DNA of 64,000 nt from an uncultured Selenomonas sp. GTDB lineage: Bacteria; Bacillota; Negativicutes; Selenomonadales; Selenomonadaceae. Below the pieces are notes generated by a model. That model had not been told where the DNA came from, ran no database searches, and was given only the letters and a program-made list of their open reading frames with translations. Position numbers and translations under genes: made by a program. Location of the stretch: the NCBI RefSeq assembly GCF_963555475.1, contig NZ_CAUVVR010000001.1. The stretch is one strand, 5' to 3'. This document shows, piece after piece, positions 43,666-51,411 of the stretch. Numbering within the stretch: the first letter of the stretch is position 1; each line of letters begins with the position of its first letter.

Positions 43666-44213
43666 AAGTATTTTTGAATCCCGGGCATGACCTTGTGCAT
43701 GACAGCGGTGCAGTGAGCCCCATCACAGGACTGCGTGAGTGCGACGTAGCGGCGGCGGTCGGGGAACTCGTAAAAGGCTACCTCGAAGCCGTCGGTTATG
43801 AAGTGCGCATGTGGCAGAGCGACAATCTCAACTGGGATAGTGGCTATGCCGATCGGCAGGACTGTTCCGTGTGCGACTGTGCCAATCAGTGGCCAGCGGA
43901 TATCTTTGTGTCCATCCACTGCAACAGCGCGGGCAATACGAGCGCACAGGGCACGGAGACGCTCGTGCACAACATGGGCGGGCGCGCCGAACGTCTTGCT
44001 GACTGCATCCAGCGGCAGATCGTTGACAGCCTCGACACCGTAGATCGCGGCCTGAAAGAGCGTCCCGAGCTTACCGTCCTGCGTGCAACGGATATGCCCG
44101 CCGTATTGGTGGAGCTTGCCTTTATCAGTAATGGGGAGGACGAAGCGCTACTGAGAGACAGACAGGATGATTTCGCACGCGCCATTGCACGCGGGGTGAC
44201 CGATTACGCATAA
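43662..44213 (+). CDS. N-acetylmuramoyl-L-alanine amidase endolysin (Amidase_3)
   Basis: MKVFLNPGHD...DSGAV, VSIHCNS, TETLV, MPAVLVELAFISN. No separate wall-binding domain. Confidence 0.9.
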   Translation: MKVFLNPGHDLVHDSGAVSPITGLRECDVAAAVGELVKGYLEAVGYEVRMWQSDNLNWDSGYADRQDCSVCDCANQWPADIFVSIHCNSAGNTSAQGTETLVHNMGGRAERLADCIQRQIVDSLDTVDRGLKERPELTVLRATDMPAVLVELAFISNGEDEALLRDRQDDFARAIARGVTDYA

Positions 44214-44234
44214 CACGGAGGGGAGGTGTAAACC

Positions 44235-44855
44235 ATGCTTGAACGGGTCAAACAGACGGTGAGAGAGCACAAAACAGCCCTGCTGGTGATCCTGTGTCTC
44301 CTGCTTGTCGGCATTGCCTACGCCGTCGGTCGGTACTCCGCACCCGAGCAGACAGCGGCGGAAAAACCTGCCGTCTTGACGCAGAAGGAGACGCAAGAGG
44401 CGCGGGAACTGAAAGACCGACTAGACATATCCACGGCGAACGCCAACGCGCTAGAAAAGCGTATTACGGCGATACAGGCGGGGCAGCGTGCGCCGACAAC
44501 AACATACTACGTCACCGCTCCAACGGTGGAGCGAGCGGCTACAGTGGTAGAGCGGCAGATACGCACGGACGATGTGGCACTACCTATGGCGGCGCGGGAG
44601 AAGAGTGACCGCACCGTCGTCACGCCGATAATTAAGGATAAGGACGGAAAAGACCTGCCGCCCGATCAACAAAAGGTTGACGTGTATAAGATCAACCTGC
44701 GCAAAGACCACCGCATCAAGGCGGGGGCAACGATGATTGACGGCAAGGCACTCATGACTGTAGGATATGAGCAGGGACGCTTTGAGGCTCTTGCTCACTT
44801 CGATGGCTCGCACTACAAGGGCGCGACCGTCACATACAATATCATAGAGTGGTAA
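44235..44855 (+). CDS. N-terminally membrane-anchored protein after the endolysin (lysis-accessory / spanin-position)
   Basis: TM helix ALLVILCLLLVGIAYAV, helical segment, then beta-rich C-terminus ending ...GATVTYNIIEW. Last gene of the lysis operon before the terminator. Confidence 0.55.
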   Translation: MLERVKQTVREHKTALLVILCLLLVGIAYAVGRYSAPEQTAAEKPAVLTQKETQEARELKDRLDISTANANALEKRITAIQAGQRAPTTTYYVTAPTVERAATVVERQIRTDDVALPMAAREKSDRTVVTPIIKDKDGKDLPPDQQKVDVYKINLRKDHRIKAGATMIDGKALMTVGYEQGRFEALAHFDGSHYKGATVTYNIIEW

Positions 44856-44860
44856 TCACC

Positions 44861-44892
44861 GCCCCGGGGCTTCGGCTCTGGGGCTTATTTTT
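44861..44892 (+). terminator. Terminator of the late/lysis operon
   Basis: gccccggggc-ttcg-gctctggggc (10 bp with two G-U pairs), then ttattttt. Confidence 0.7.
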
Positions 44893-44942
44893 GTGCCCCT
44901 AAGCATATAACTATAAAAATAAAAATATATGTATATAAACTA

Positions 44943-44971
44943 TTGACAAACATGTATATAGATGCTATAAT
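44943..44971 (+). promoter_or_regulatory. Perfect consensus sigma-A promoter for the attR-proximal cassette
   Basis: TTGACA (44943-44948), exactly 17 nt, TATAAT (44966-44971), in an AT-rich 130-bp intergenic region. Flanked by the 11-bp inverted repeat tttgtgcccct / aggggcacaaa (44890-44900 / 44990-45000). Confidence 0.7.
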
Positions 44972-45024
44972 ATAATCAAGATAAAGGACAGGGGCACAAA
45001 GCCCAAAAAGAGGAGGAAATCAAA

Positions 45025-45312
45025 ATGGAAATGTACAAGAGCAACGACGGAAAGAAGTTCATCACGCTGCAGGATCCGTACCTCACGGGAGCGGGGCGCG
45101 GATATTACGCCGCATCAGCATTCTGCCCGGACGACACTCCAGACGAGGACGGGTACATCCCCGTCTACGAGCTTCGCTGGGAGATTCTTCCCGAAGAGGA
45201 ATATGACCCCGAAGATAGAGACGAGAGCTGCGCGTGTGACTGGGATGACATCGCAGACTACTCCGTTGTCGGCGACATGTCGGCAGAAGAAAAGGCTGAG
45301 TACGTAGCGTAA
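45025..45312 (+). CDS. Highly acidic 95-aa protein of unknown function
   Basis: RBS AGGAGGA. About 26 Asp/Glu against 7 Lys/Arg by my count (…PDDTPDEDGYIPVYELRWEILPEEEYDPEDRDESCACDWDDIADY…). Confidence 0.6.
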   Translation: MEMYKSNDGKKFITLQDPYLTGAGRGYYAASAFCPDDTPDEDGYIPVYELRWEILPEEEYDPEDRDESCACDWDDIADYSVVGDMSAEEKAEYVA

Positions 45313-45367
45313 CGGCAGAGAGAGAGAGGGGCGAAAGCCCCTCTTGTATCAAAAGGAGGAGATCAAA

Positions 45368-45712
45368 ATGGCAAAAACAAAACAGGTGTATATGAACCCT
45401 GCACTTGCAGGGCTCGAAGCGGACGTGAAGGAGAGCGGCGGGAGTTTCTCCGCGCGACTCGGTGAGATTGTCGAGCGGTATGGTATTCTGCTCGACCTTG
45501 AGGAGCTGCCGGACTTCTCGGAGGCCGAGACGGAGATCCTCAGTGAGGTAATCTGCGGGGCAGGCGTCGACCGCCGCAAGGTGAGAGGACTGCACCTTGA
45601 CGTTCTCGATGCGGCGACGGGGACGATAGCGGAGCGTGAGGAACTCAACCGCAAGGTGGAGGAGATGGGTGCAGGTGCAAGACTCGCTCTCATCGAGCGG
45701 CTCGGACAATGA
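45368..45712 (+). CDS. Hypothetical 114-aa protein
   Basis: ATG 45368 after AGGAGGAGATCAAA, the same RBS context as the preceding gene. The stop overlaps the next start (ATGA). Confidence 0.55.
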   Translation: MAKTKQVYMNPALAGLEADVKESGGSFSARLGEIVERYGILLDLEELPDFSEAETEILSEVICGAGVDRRKVRGLHLDVLDAATGTIAEREELNRKVEEMGAGARLALIERLGQ

Positions 45713-46314
45713 AAAAAGGAACATCGACCATAGCACCCCGCACCTGCCGAGAGTGCGGGGCTACTTTTGAGGGCGGGCCACGCGCGTGGTACTGCCCCGA
45801 CTGCCGTGAGATAAGAAAGAAATTGCAGAAAGCTCGGTATAACGAGCGACGCAAACGGGGCTTGTCCCTCTCGTTGGGAGAGAGCATTGGCCGCTGCGAG
45901 GTGTGCGGCCGTGAATTTGTCTACGTAGCCGCGCGGCAAAGGTACTGCTCTGATTGCGCCCAGGAGGCGTGGAAAGCCTCTGATCGAAGGCAAGGATTAT
46001 TGTGGTATTACGCAAACGATACCGAAGAAAGGAGAAAAGCCAAAGGACAAAGACAAAAAGAGCGACGTAAGGGGCGCAAGGGAAAACAAAGAGATTCCGA
46101 TTTGTTGGGGGAGTGGAAATCTCTAACGAAAAAATGGGCGGTAAAGGACTGCGTGGTATGTGGTAAAGAAATCTCAAATAGAAGACGGCATTATTGCTCT
46201 GAAAAATGCCATATGATTGGGTCTGCGTATGCCACGGCATTGTCGCACTATCTCGCAGGAGATATTAGATCATGCCCCACGTGGGAAGAGTGGGTAGAAC
46301 AACATAAGAAATAG
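45709..46314 (+). CDS. Triple zinc-ribbon protein with basic linker
   Basis: Three CxxC...CxxC modules: CRECGATFEGGPRAWYCPDC, CEVCGREFVYVAARQRYCSDC and CVVCGKEISNRRRHYCSEKC. A K/R-rich stretch RRKAKGQRQKERRKGRKGKQR lies between modules 2 and 3. Confidence 0.6.
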   Translation: MKKGTSTIAPRTCRECGATFEGGPRAWYCPDCREIRKKLQKARYNERRKRGLSLSLGESIGRCEVCGREFVYVAARQRYCSDCAQEAWKASDRRQGLLWYYANDTEERRKAKGQRQKERRKGRKGKQRDSDLLGEWKSLTKKWAVKDCVVCGKEISNRRRHYCSEKCHMIGSAYATALSHYLAGDIRSCPTWEEWVEQHKK

Positions 46315-46351
46315 AGGGGACAGCGTATCAATCGCCGTCCCCTCTGTTTTT
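46313..46351 (+). terminator. Terminator after the cassette
   Basis: agaggggacagcg / cgccgtcccctct (13 bp, one mismatch), 7-nt loop, gttttt. Confidence 0.7.
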
Positions 46352-46377
46352 GTCTACAATTTGTCTACCATGCCTAC
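46350..46377 (+). repeat. TTGTCTAC direct repeats (candidate integrase arm-type sites, right arm)
   Basis: TTGTCTAC at 46350-46357 and 46361-46368, plus a degenerate TGCCTAC at 46371-46377. Same octamer and orientation as 5993-6027. Confidence 0.5.
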
Positions 46378-46504
46378 AAAAACCACTGAAAAATACTCAG
46401 ATATTCTTTGTTGGCGAATCTCGTTGAAAATTCTGCAATCCTGCGCCGTAATTGGGCGCGTCAATGTTTTCTGTAATTGAATCACCACACCTATCTAATA
46501 CCTA

Positions 46505-46526
46505 GTAGGAAGTAAGTCCTTTTTTG
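46505..46526 (+). repeat. attR core (22-bp direct repeat)
   Basis: Identical to 5916-5937. Confidence 0.75.
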
Positions 46527-46627
46527 TGCTTTTAAACAAGGGCGAGTGTTCCGCGTACATCCTTTTATGGCGCGGAGCGCGGGGGATTTTATAGATTGTA
46601 TGCAAGAAAAAAGGAATGCTTGTTTTC

Positions 46628-46656
46628 TTGAAAAAATGGGGAGATTTTGCTATAAC
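46628..46656 (+). promoter_or_regulatory. Candidate dcw promoter (Pmra)
   Basis: TTGAAA (46628-46633), 17-nt spacer, TGcTATAAC extended -10 (46648-46656), ~75 nt upstream of the mraZ ATG. Confidence 0.6.
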
Positions 46657-46667
46657 TGTTAGTAAAA

Positions 46668-46707
46668 GTGGTGGATTGTGGTGGAATGTGCCACACAGTG
46701 GCGATGG
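46668..46707 (+). promoter_or_regulatory. Four tandem 10-bp GTG(G/C)-initiated units, candidate MraZ boxes
   Basis: GTGGTGGATT GTGGTGGAAT GTGCCACACA GTGGCGATGG. Exact 10-bp phasing just downstream of the -10 element. Confidence 0.55.
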
Positions 46708-46731
46708 AGAATCGAAGGGTGGTGCGGCAGG

Positions 46732-47175
46732 ATGTTCATGGGGGAATACACCCACAGCATTGATGCCAAGGGCCGCGTCATTCTGCCCGCCGATTTCCGG
46801 CAGGAGCTCGGTGTCTCCTTCATCATCACGAAGGGGCTGGACGGCAGTCTCTTCCTTTTCCCACAGGCGGCATGGGACGAGTTCGCGGCGAAGCTGCGGA
46901 CGCTCTCGATCGCCGACCCGAATGCGCGTGCGTTTGCCCGGTTCTTCATTGCTGGTGCACGCACGCTCGAATGCGACAAGCAGGGGCGTTTTCTGGTTCC
47001 CGCGAATCTGCGTGCCTACGCGAATATCGGTCTCAAGCAGGATGTCATCCTCACGGGTGCAGATGCACGCATCGAGGTCTGGGACAAGGAGAAGTGGCTG
47101 CGCTATGCGGGTGAGGTCGATCCGAACATCACGGAGATCTCGACGCAGCTCGCGGGCTACGGGATTACGATATGA
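46732..47175 (+). CDS. mraZ: Transcriptional regulator MraZ
   Basis: MFMGEYTHSIDAKGRVILPADFRQELG and second repeat DKQGRFLVPANLR (duplicated SpoVT/AbrB-like domains). ATG 46732. Confidence 0.93.
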   Translation: MFMGEYTHSIDAKGRVILPADFRQELGVSFIITKGLDGSLFLFPQAAWDEFAAKLRTLSIADPNARAFARFFIAGARTLECDKQGRFLVPANLRAYANIGLKQDVILTGADARIEVWDKEKWLRYAGEVDPNITEISTQLAGYGITI

Positions 47176-48107
47176 GCGACTTTCATCACATCAGTGTTCT
47201 GCCTGAGGAAACGATTGAAGCACTCGCGGTGCGTCCTGACGGCATCTATGTGGACTGCACCCTCGGCGGGGCAGGGCACGCGGGGCGGATTGCACGGCAG
47301 CTTTCTGCGAAAGGCCGTCTCATCGGCATCGATCAGGATGAAATTGCGATTGCGGCAGCGGAGGAGCGTCTCGCGGATGCAGCGTGTCAGGTGACGCTTG
47401 TACGAGATAACTTCCGCAACCTCGCGGCGATTCTCGCCCGCGAAGGTGTGGATGAGGTGGACGGTATCCTCTTCGATCTTGGCATCTCGTCGCCGCAGAT
47501 TGACACGGCGGAACGCGGCTTTTCCTATATGCAGGATGCACCGCTCGATATGCGTATGGATCGTCGTGCTGCGTGCAGTGCCTATACTGTTGTCAACGAA
47601 TACAGCGCAGAGGACCTTACGGAGATCTTTTACACGTACGGTGAGGAACGATGGGCAAAGCGCATTGCCGCATTTATTGAGGAGTCTCGAAAATCCCGTC
47701 CCATTGAGACAACGGGCGAGCTCGTCGCAGTCATCGATCGTGCCGTGCCGAAGGCGGTGCGCGCAAAGGGCGGGCATCCCGCGAAGCGGGTCTTTCAGGC
47801 GATTCGCATCGAGGTCAATGAGGAGTTGACGATTCTTGCAGATGCACTCAGAGATGCGGTACACGCTCTCCGTACAGGCGGGCGGCTCGCTGTTATCACG
47901 TTTCACTCGCTTGAGGATCGCATTGTCAAAAGGACGATGCAGGAAGCGGCACGCGGCTGTATCTGTCCGCCGCACACGCCCGTCTGTATCTGCGGCCATG
48001 CGCCTGAGGTGCGCCTGATTGGCAAGGCGCGTGCGGCAAGTGCTGCTGAATGTGCGGAAAACTCACGGGCGCGGAGTGCAAAGCTGCGCGTCGCAGAGAA
48101 AATATAA
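47172..48107 (+). CDS. rsmH: 16S rRNA (cytosine1402-N4)-methyltransferase
   Basis: HISVLPEETIEAL...YVDCTLGGAGH...FDLGISSPQID...ITFHSLEDRIVK. Confidence 0.95.
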   Translation: MSDFHHISVLPEETIEALAVRPDGIYVDCTLGGAGHAGRIARQLSAKGRLIGIDQDEIAIAAAEERLADAACQVTLVRDNFRNLAAILAREGVDEVDGILFDLGISSPQIDTAERGFSYMQDAPLDMRMDRRAACSAYTVVNEYSAEDLTEIFYTYGEERWAKRIAAFIEESRKSRPIETTGELVAVIDRAVPKAVRAKGGHPAKRVFQAIRIEVNEELTILADALRDAVHALRTGGRLAVITFHSLEDRIVKRTMQEAARGCICPPHTPVCICGHAPEVRLIGKARAASAAECAENSRARSAKLRVAEKI

Positions 48108-48137
48108 GGAAGCAGAGACCAAAGGAGGTGAGGGCGT

Positions 48138-48512
48138 ATGCCGGCACATAAAGTGTATACTTACGAGTATGCGTATGAGGAGGAGATGCGACCCGCACCA
48201 CAGCCGGAGCCTTCCAAGGAGCCGTTGATCCGACGGGAGGTTAATACGAATCTCAGGAACTGTCTGCGTGCCATCTTCTTTCTGATTGCATTTGGCGCAA
48301 TGGTGGTGACGCTGCTCGGCGGCATCAGTGCGAACAACGGATATACCCTGCTCGAAACGCAGCAGAATGCCGACCAGCTGGAGCAGGAAAACGAGCGTCT
48401 GAAGATCGAGATTGCTCAGCTGAAATCACCCGCACGGATTGAGGCGATTGCGGTGGAGCAGCTGCATATGCAGGTGCCGCAGAATATGTATTTTTCACAT
48501 GAAGGGGAATGA
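48138..48512 (+). CDS. ftsL: Cell division protein FtsL
   Basis: 124 aa. Single TM (AIFFLIAFGAMVVTLLGGI) followed by coiled coil LEQENERLKIEIAQLKSPARIE. Canonical position after rsmH. Confidence 0.8.
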   Translation: MPAHKVYTYEYAYEEEMRPAPQPEPSKEPLIRREVNTNLRNCLRAIFFLIAFGAMVVTLLGGISANNGYTLLETQQNADQLEQENERLKIEIAQLKSPARIEAIAVEQLHMQVPQNMYFSHEGE

Positions 48513-48518
48513 TGGCGC

Positions 48519-50003
48519 ATGATGAAGCGGTTGTCAGAGCTTGCCGCGCTCCTGAAGGATGCACGGATTTCGGGCGGCGATGCCGAGATTACGAGCATTG
48601 AGCGGGACTCGCGCCGCGTGCAGGAGGGGGCGCTCTTTGCCTGCATCAGCGGTGCTCATGTGGATGCACACAGCTTTATACCGAATGCGGCGCGGGCGGG
48701 AGCTCGCGCCATTTTGACGGAGCGGGAGACGGTGGATGTCCCCGAAGGCATCACCGTTCTCCATGTGGCGGATCTCCAAGAGGCTCTGGATGTCATTGTG
48801 CCGTATTTCTACGACTATCCAGCGCGCGCAATGCGCGTCATTGGGATTACGGGGACGAACGGAAAGACGACGACGAGCTATCTCGTGCGTGCAATCCTGC
48901 GCCATGCAGGGAAACGCGTGGGGCTCATCGGGACGATACAGGTCATGATGGAGGACGAGGTGTTCCCGACGGCGAACACGACCCCCGATGTCATTGTCAT
49001 GCAGCAGCTGCTGTCCGAAATGCGTGCACGCGGGATGGATGCGGTCGTGATGGAGGTATCCTCACACGCACTCGACCAGGGGCGCGTCGCGGGCATTGAG
49101 TTCGACACGGCGGTGTTCACGAACCTGACGCAGGATCACCTCGACTATCACAAGACGATGGAGAACTATGCGCGGGCAAAGGCACGGCTTTTTGAGTATG
49201 TGTCTGCGCAGGGGGCAAAGACGGGCAAGACTGCGGTGCTCAACGCAGACGACGCGGCAAGTGAAACGATGTGTGCACACACGCACTGCCCTGTTATTTC
49301 CTACGGTGTGGAACACGATGCGGATCTGATGGCAAAGGGCGTTCATTTGGCGCAGGACGGCATGGAGCTGACGCTCATGTATGATTGGGCACAGCTCGCA
49401 CATCTCCACATCGGGCTCACGGGTCTGTTCAACGTGTCCAATGTGCTTGCGGCGACGGGGGCGGCAGTTGCCGAGCATGTGTCTGCGGCGGATATTGCGG
49501 CAGCACTCACCGTGTTCGCGGGCGTACCGGGACGCTTTGAGCTTGTGCGCGAAGGGCAGCCGTTCTCGGTCATCGTGGACTATGCACATACGCCGGACGG
49601 CATGGAGAATGTCCTGCGCACGGCGCGTGCCGTCACGGCGGGGCGCATCATCGCCGTGTTTGGATGCGGCGGCGACCGTGATCGAACGAAGCGTCCCATC
49701 ATGGGGCGCATGGCGGCGGAGCTGGCAGACATCGCCATTCTGACCTCGGACAATCCGCGCACAGAGGATCCGGCGGCGATTTTGGATGAGGTGGAGACGG
49801 GCGTTCTTCCCGTGATCGGTGCAAAGCCGTATGAAAAGCTGGTGGATCGCCGTACGGCGATTTTTCACGCAGTCGGGATGGCACAGGCAGGGGATACGGT
49901 CGTCATCCTCGGCAAAGGGCATGAGAACTACCAGATTCTGAAGGACAAGACGATTCATTTCGACGACCGCGAGACGGCACGCGAAGCAATCAGGGGGCTG
50001 TGA
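48519..50003 (+). CDS. murE: UDP-MurNAc-L-Ala-D-Glu:meso-diaminopimelate ligase
   Basis: GITGTNGKTTT, Mur ligase middle and C-terminal domains, DAP-specific DNPR (LTSDNPRTEDP). Confidence 0.95.
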   Translation: MMKRLSELAALLKDARISGGDAEITSIERDSRRVQEGALFACISGAHVDAHSFIPNAARAGARAILTERETVDVPEGITVLHVADLQEALDVIVPYFYDYPARAMRVIGITGTNGKTTTSYLVRAILRHAGKRVGLIGTIQVMMEDEVFPTANTTPDVIVMQQLLSEMRARGMDAVVMEVSSHALDQGRVAGIEFDTAVFTNLTQDHLDYHKTMENYARAKARLFEYVSAQGAKTGKTAVLNADDAASETMCAHTHCPVISYGVEHDADLMAKGVHLAQDGMELTLMYDWAQLAHLHIGLTGLFNVSNVLAATGAAVAEHVSAADIAAALTVFAGVPGRFELVREGQPFSVIVDYAHTPDGMENVLRTARAVTAGRIIAVFGCGGDRDRTKRPIMGRMAAELADIAILTSDNPRTEDPAAILDEVETGVLPVIGAKPYEKLVDRRTAIFHAVGMAQAGDTVVILGKGHENYQILKDKTIHFDDRETAREAIRGL

Positions 50004-50004
50004 T

Positions 50005-51411
50005 ATGGAACTGACATGGAACGAGGTGCTGGCAGCGACCAATGCCAAGGAGCACAGCGGGAAGCTGCGCGGCAATGATGCCATCCCCAAGATCACGACG
50101 GATACGCGGAAAATTGAGAAGGGAGATCTCTTTATCGCACTGCGTGGGGAGAACTTCGACGGTGCGGAGTTTGCGGCGGACGCGCTCCAAAAGGGAGCGT
50201 CGGCGGTTCTGGTCGGTGCGCCGCTTTCCAAGTCGGTGGAAAAGGCCCTGAAGAATGCAAAGGGCGCAGTCCTTACCGTGTCCGATACCCTCGCCGCGTA
50301 TCAGGCAATCGCGCACGCATGGCGCATGAAATTCGGCGTTCCCGTCGTTGCAATCACGGGATCGAACGGCAAGACGACAACGAAGGATCTGACGGCGGCG
50401 GTGCTCTCGGCACGCGGTACGGTCTGCCGTACGGCGGCGAACTACAACAATGAGGTCGGGCTGCCGCTGACCCTGCTCGGCATGACGGGCGGGGATATTG
50501 CCGCCGTTGTGGAAATCGGTATGCGCGGGCTGGGGCAGATCGCCGCACTCGCACCCGTTGCCGCTCCCTCAATCGGCATCGTGACGAATGTGTGCGAGGT
50601 GCACATGGAGCTGCTCGGCTCGATCGAAAACATTGCAAAGGCAAAGGCGGAGCTCGTGCAGGCGATTCCTGCGGGTGGGACGGTCATCCTCAACGCGGAC
50701 GACGCACGCGTTGCCGCGATGCGCTCCCTTGTGGCGGATGGTGTGCGCGTCCTGACCTACGGCATCGGCGCAGATGCCGACGTGCGTGCCGAGGCACTGC
50801 GTCTGACATCGGACGGTTCACAGTTCATGGTGACGTGGAACAATGAGCGGCACGACTACAGCATTTCGCTTGCGGGACGGCACAATGTCAGCAATGCGCT
50901 CGCGGCACTCGCGGTGGGCTTCGTCCTCGGCTACACGCCGCAGGAGATGCAGACGGGGCTGCAGCGGCTCGCGGTGACGAAGATGCGCTACGAGGTGCAT
51001 GAGGTCGGCGCATGGACATTCATCAACGATGCCTACAATGCGAGCCCGTCGTCGATGGCGGCGGCACTTGAGACGACGGCAAATCTCTATGAGGGGCGCA
51101 AAATCGCCGTGCTCGGTGATATGTTGGAGCTCGGCGATGCCGCCGAGGAGGCGCATCGCAGGATTGGCTGCCGCGTGGCGGAGCTCGGCTTTGCGGCACT
51201 CGTGACCTATGGACCGCAGTCCCGATGGATGAATGCGGCGGCAGAGGCGGCGGGTTGTCCCATCTGCCGTCACACCGAGACGCATGAGGCGGCGGCGGAG
51301 CATCTGCGCTCACTTCTCAGAGAGGGGGACACGGTTCTTTTCAAGGGATCGCGCGGCATGAAAATGGAAGCGGTCATTGCCCTCCTGACGGGTGAGGAAG
51401 CGGGGCACTGA
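50005..51411 (+). CDS. murF: UDP-MurNAc-tripeptide:D-Ala-D-Ala ligase
   Basis: AITGSNGKTTT; ...NDAYNASPSSM...GDMLELG... is typical MurF. Confidence 0.93.
   Translation: MELTWNEVLAATNAKEHSGKLRGNDAIPKITTDTRKIEKGDLFIALRGENFDGAEFAADALQKGASAVLVGAPLSKSVEKALKNAKGAVLTVSDTLAAYQAIAHAWRMKFGVPVVAITGSNGKTTTKDLTAAVLSARGTVCRTAANYNNEVGLPLTLLGMTGGDIAAVVEIGMRGLGQIAALAPVAAPSIGIVTNVCEVHMELLGSIENIAKAKAELVQAIPAGGTVILNADDARVAAMRSLVADGVRVLTYGIGADADVRAEALRLTSDGSQFMVTWNNERHDYSISLAGRHNVSNALAALAVGFVLGYTPQEMQTGLQRLAVTKMRYEVHEVGAWTFINDAYNASPSSMAAALETTANLYEGRKIAVLGDMLELGDAAEEAHRRIGCRVAELGFAALVTYGPQSRWMNAAAEAAGCPICRHTETHEAAAEHLRSLLREGDTVLFKGSRGMKMEAVIALLTGEEAGH

Larger units (their letters stand above)
5916..46526. mobile_element. 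Integrated temperate prophage (~40.6 kb) with SPP1-like head and PBSX-like contractile tail
   Basis: Bounded by the identical 22-mer gtaggaagtaagtccttttttg at 5916-5937 and 46505-46526. Integrase lies next to the left repeat. Lysogeny, replication, packaging, head, tail and lysis modules are complete. Housekeeping genes flank it on both sides. Confidence 0.9.

Noticed and set aside
46616-47206. 196-aa plus-strand ORF overlapping mraZ in another frame
   Set aside because: The translation is Ser/Arg-rich and nonsense-like. mraZ in the other frame has both canonical DXXXR repeats. The ORF would also start inside the promoter region.
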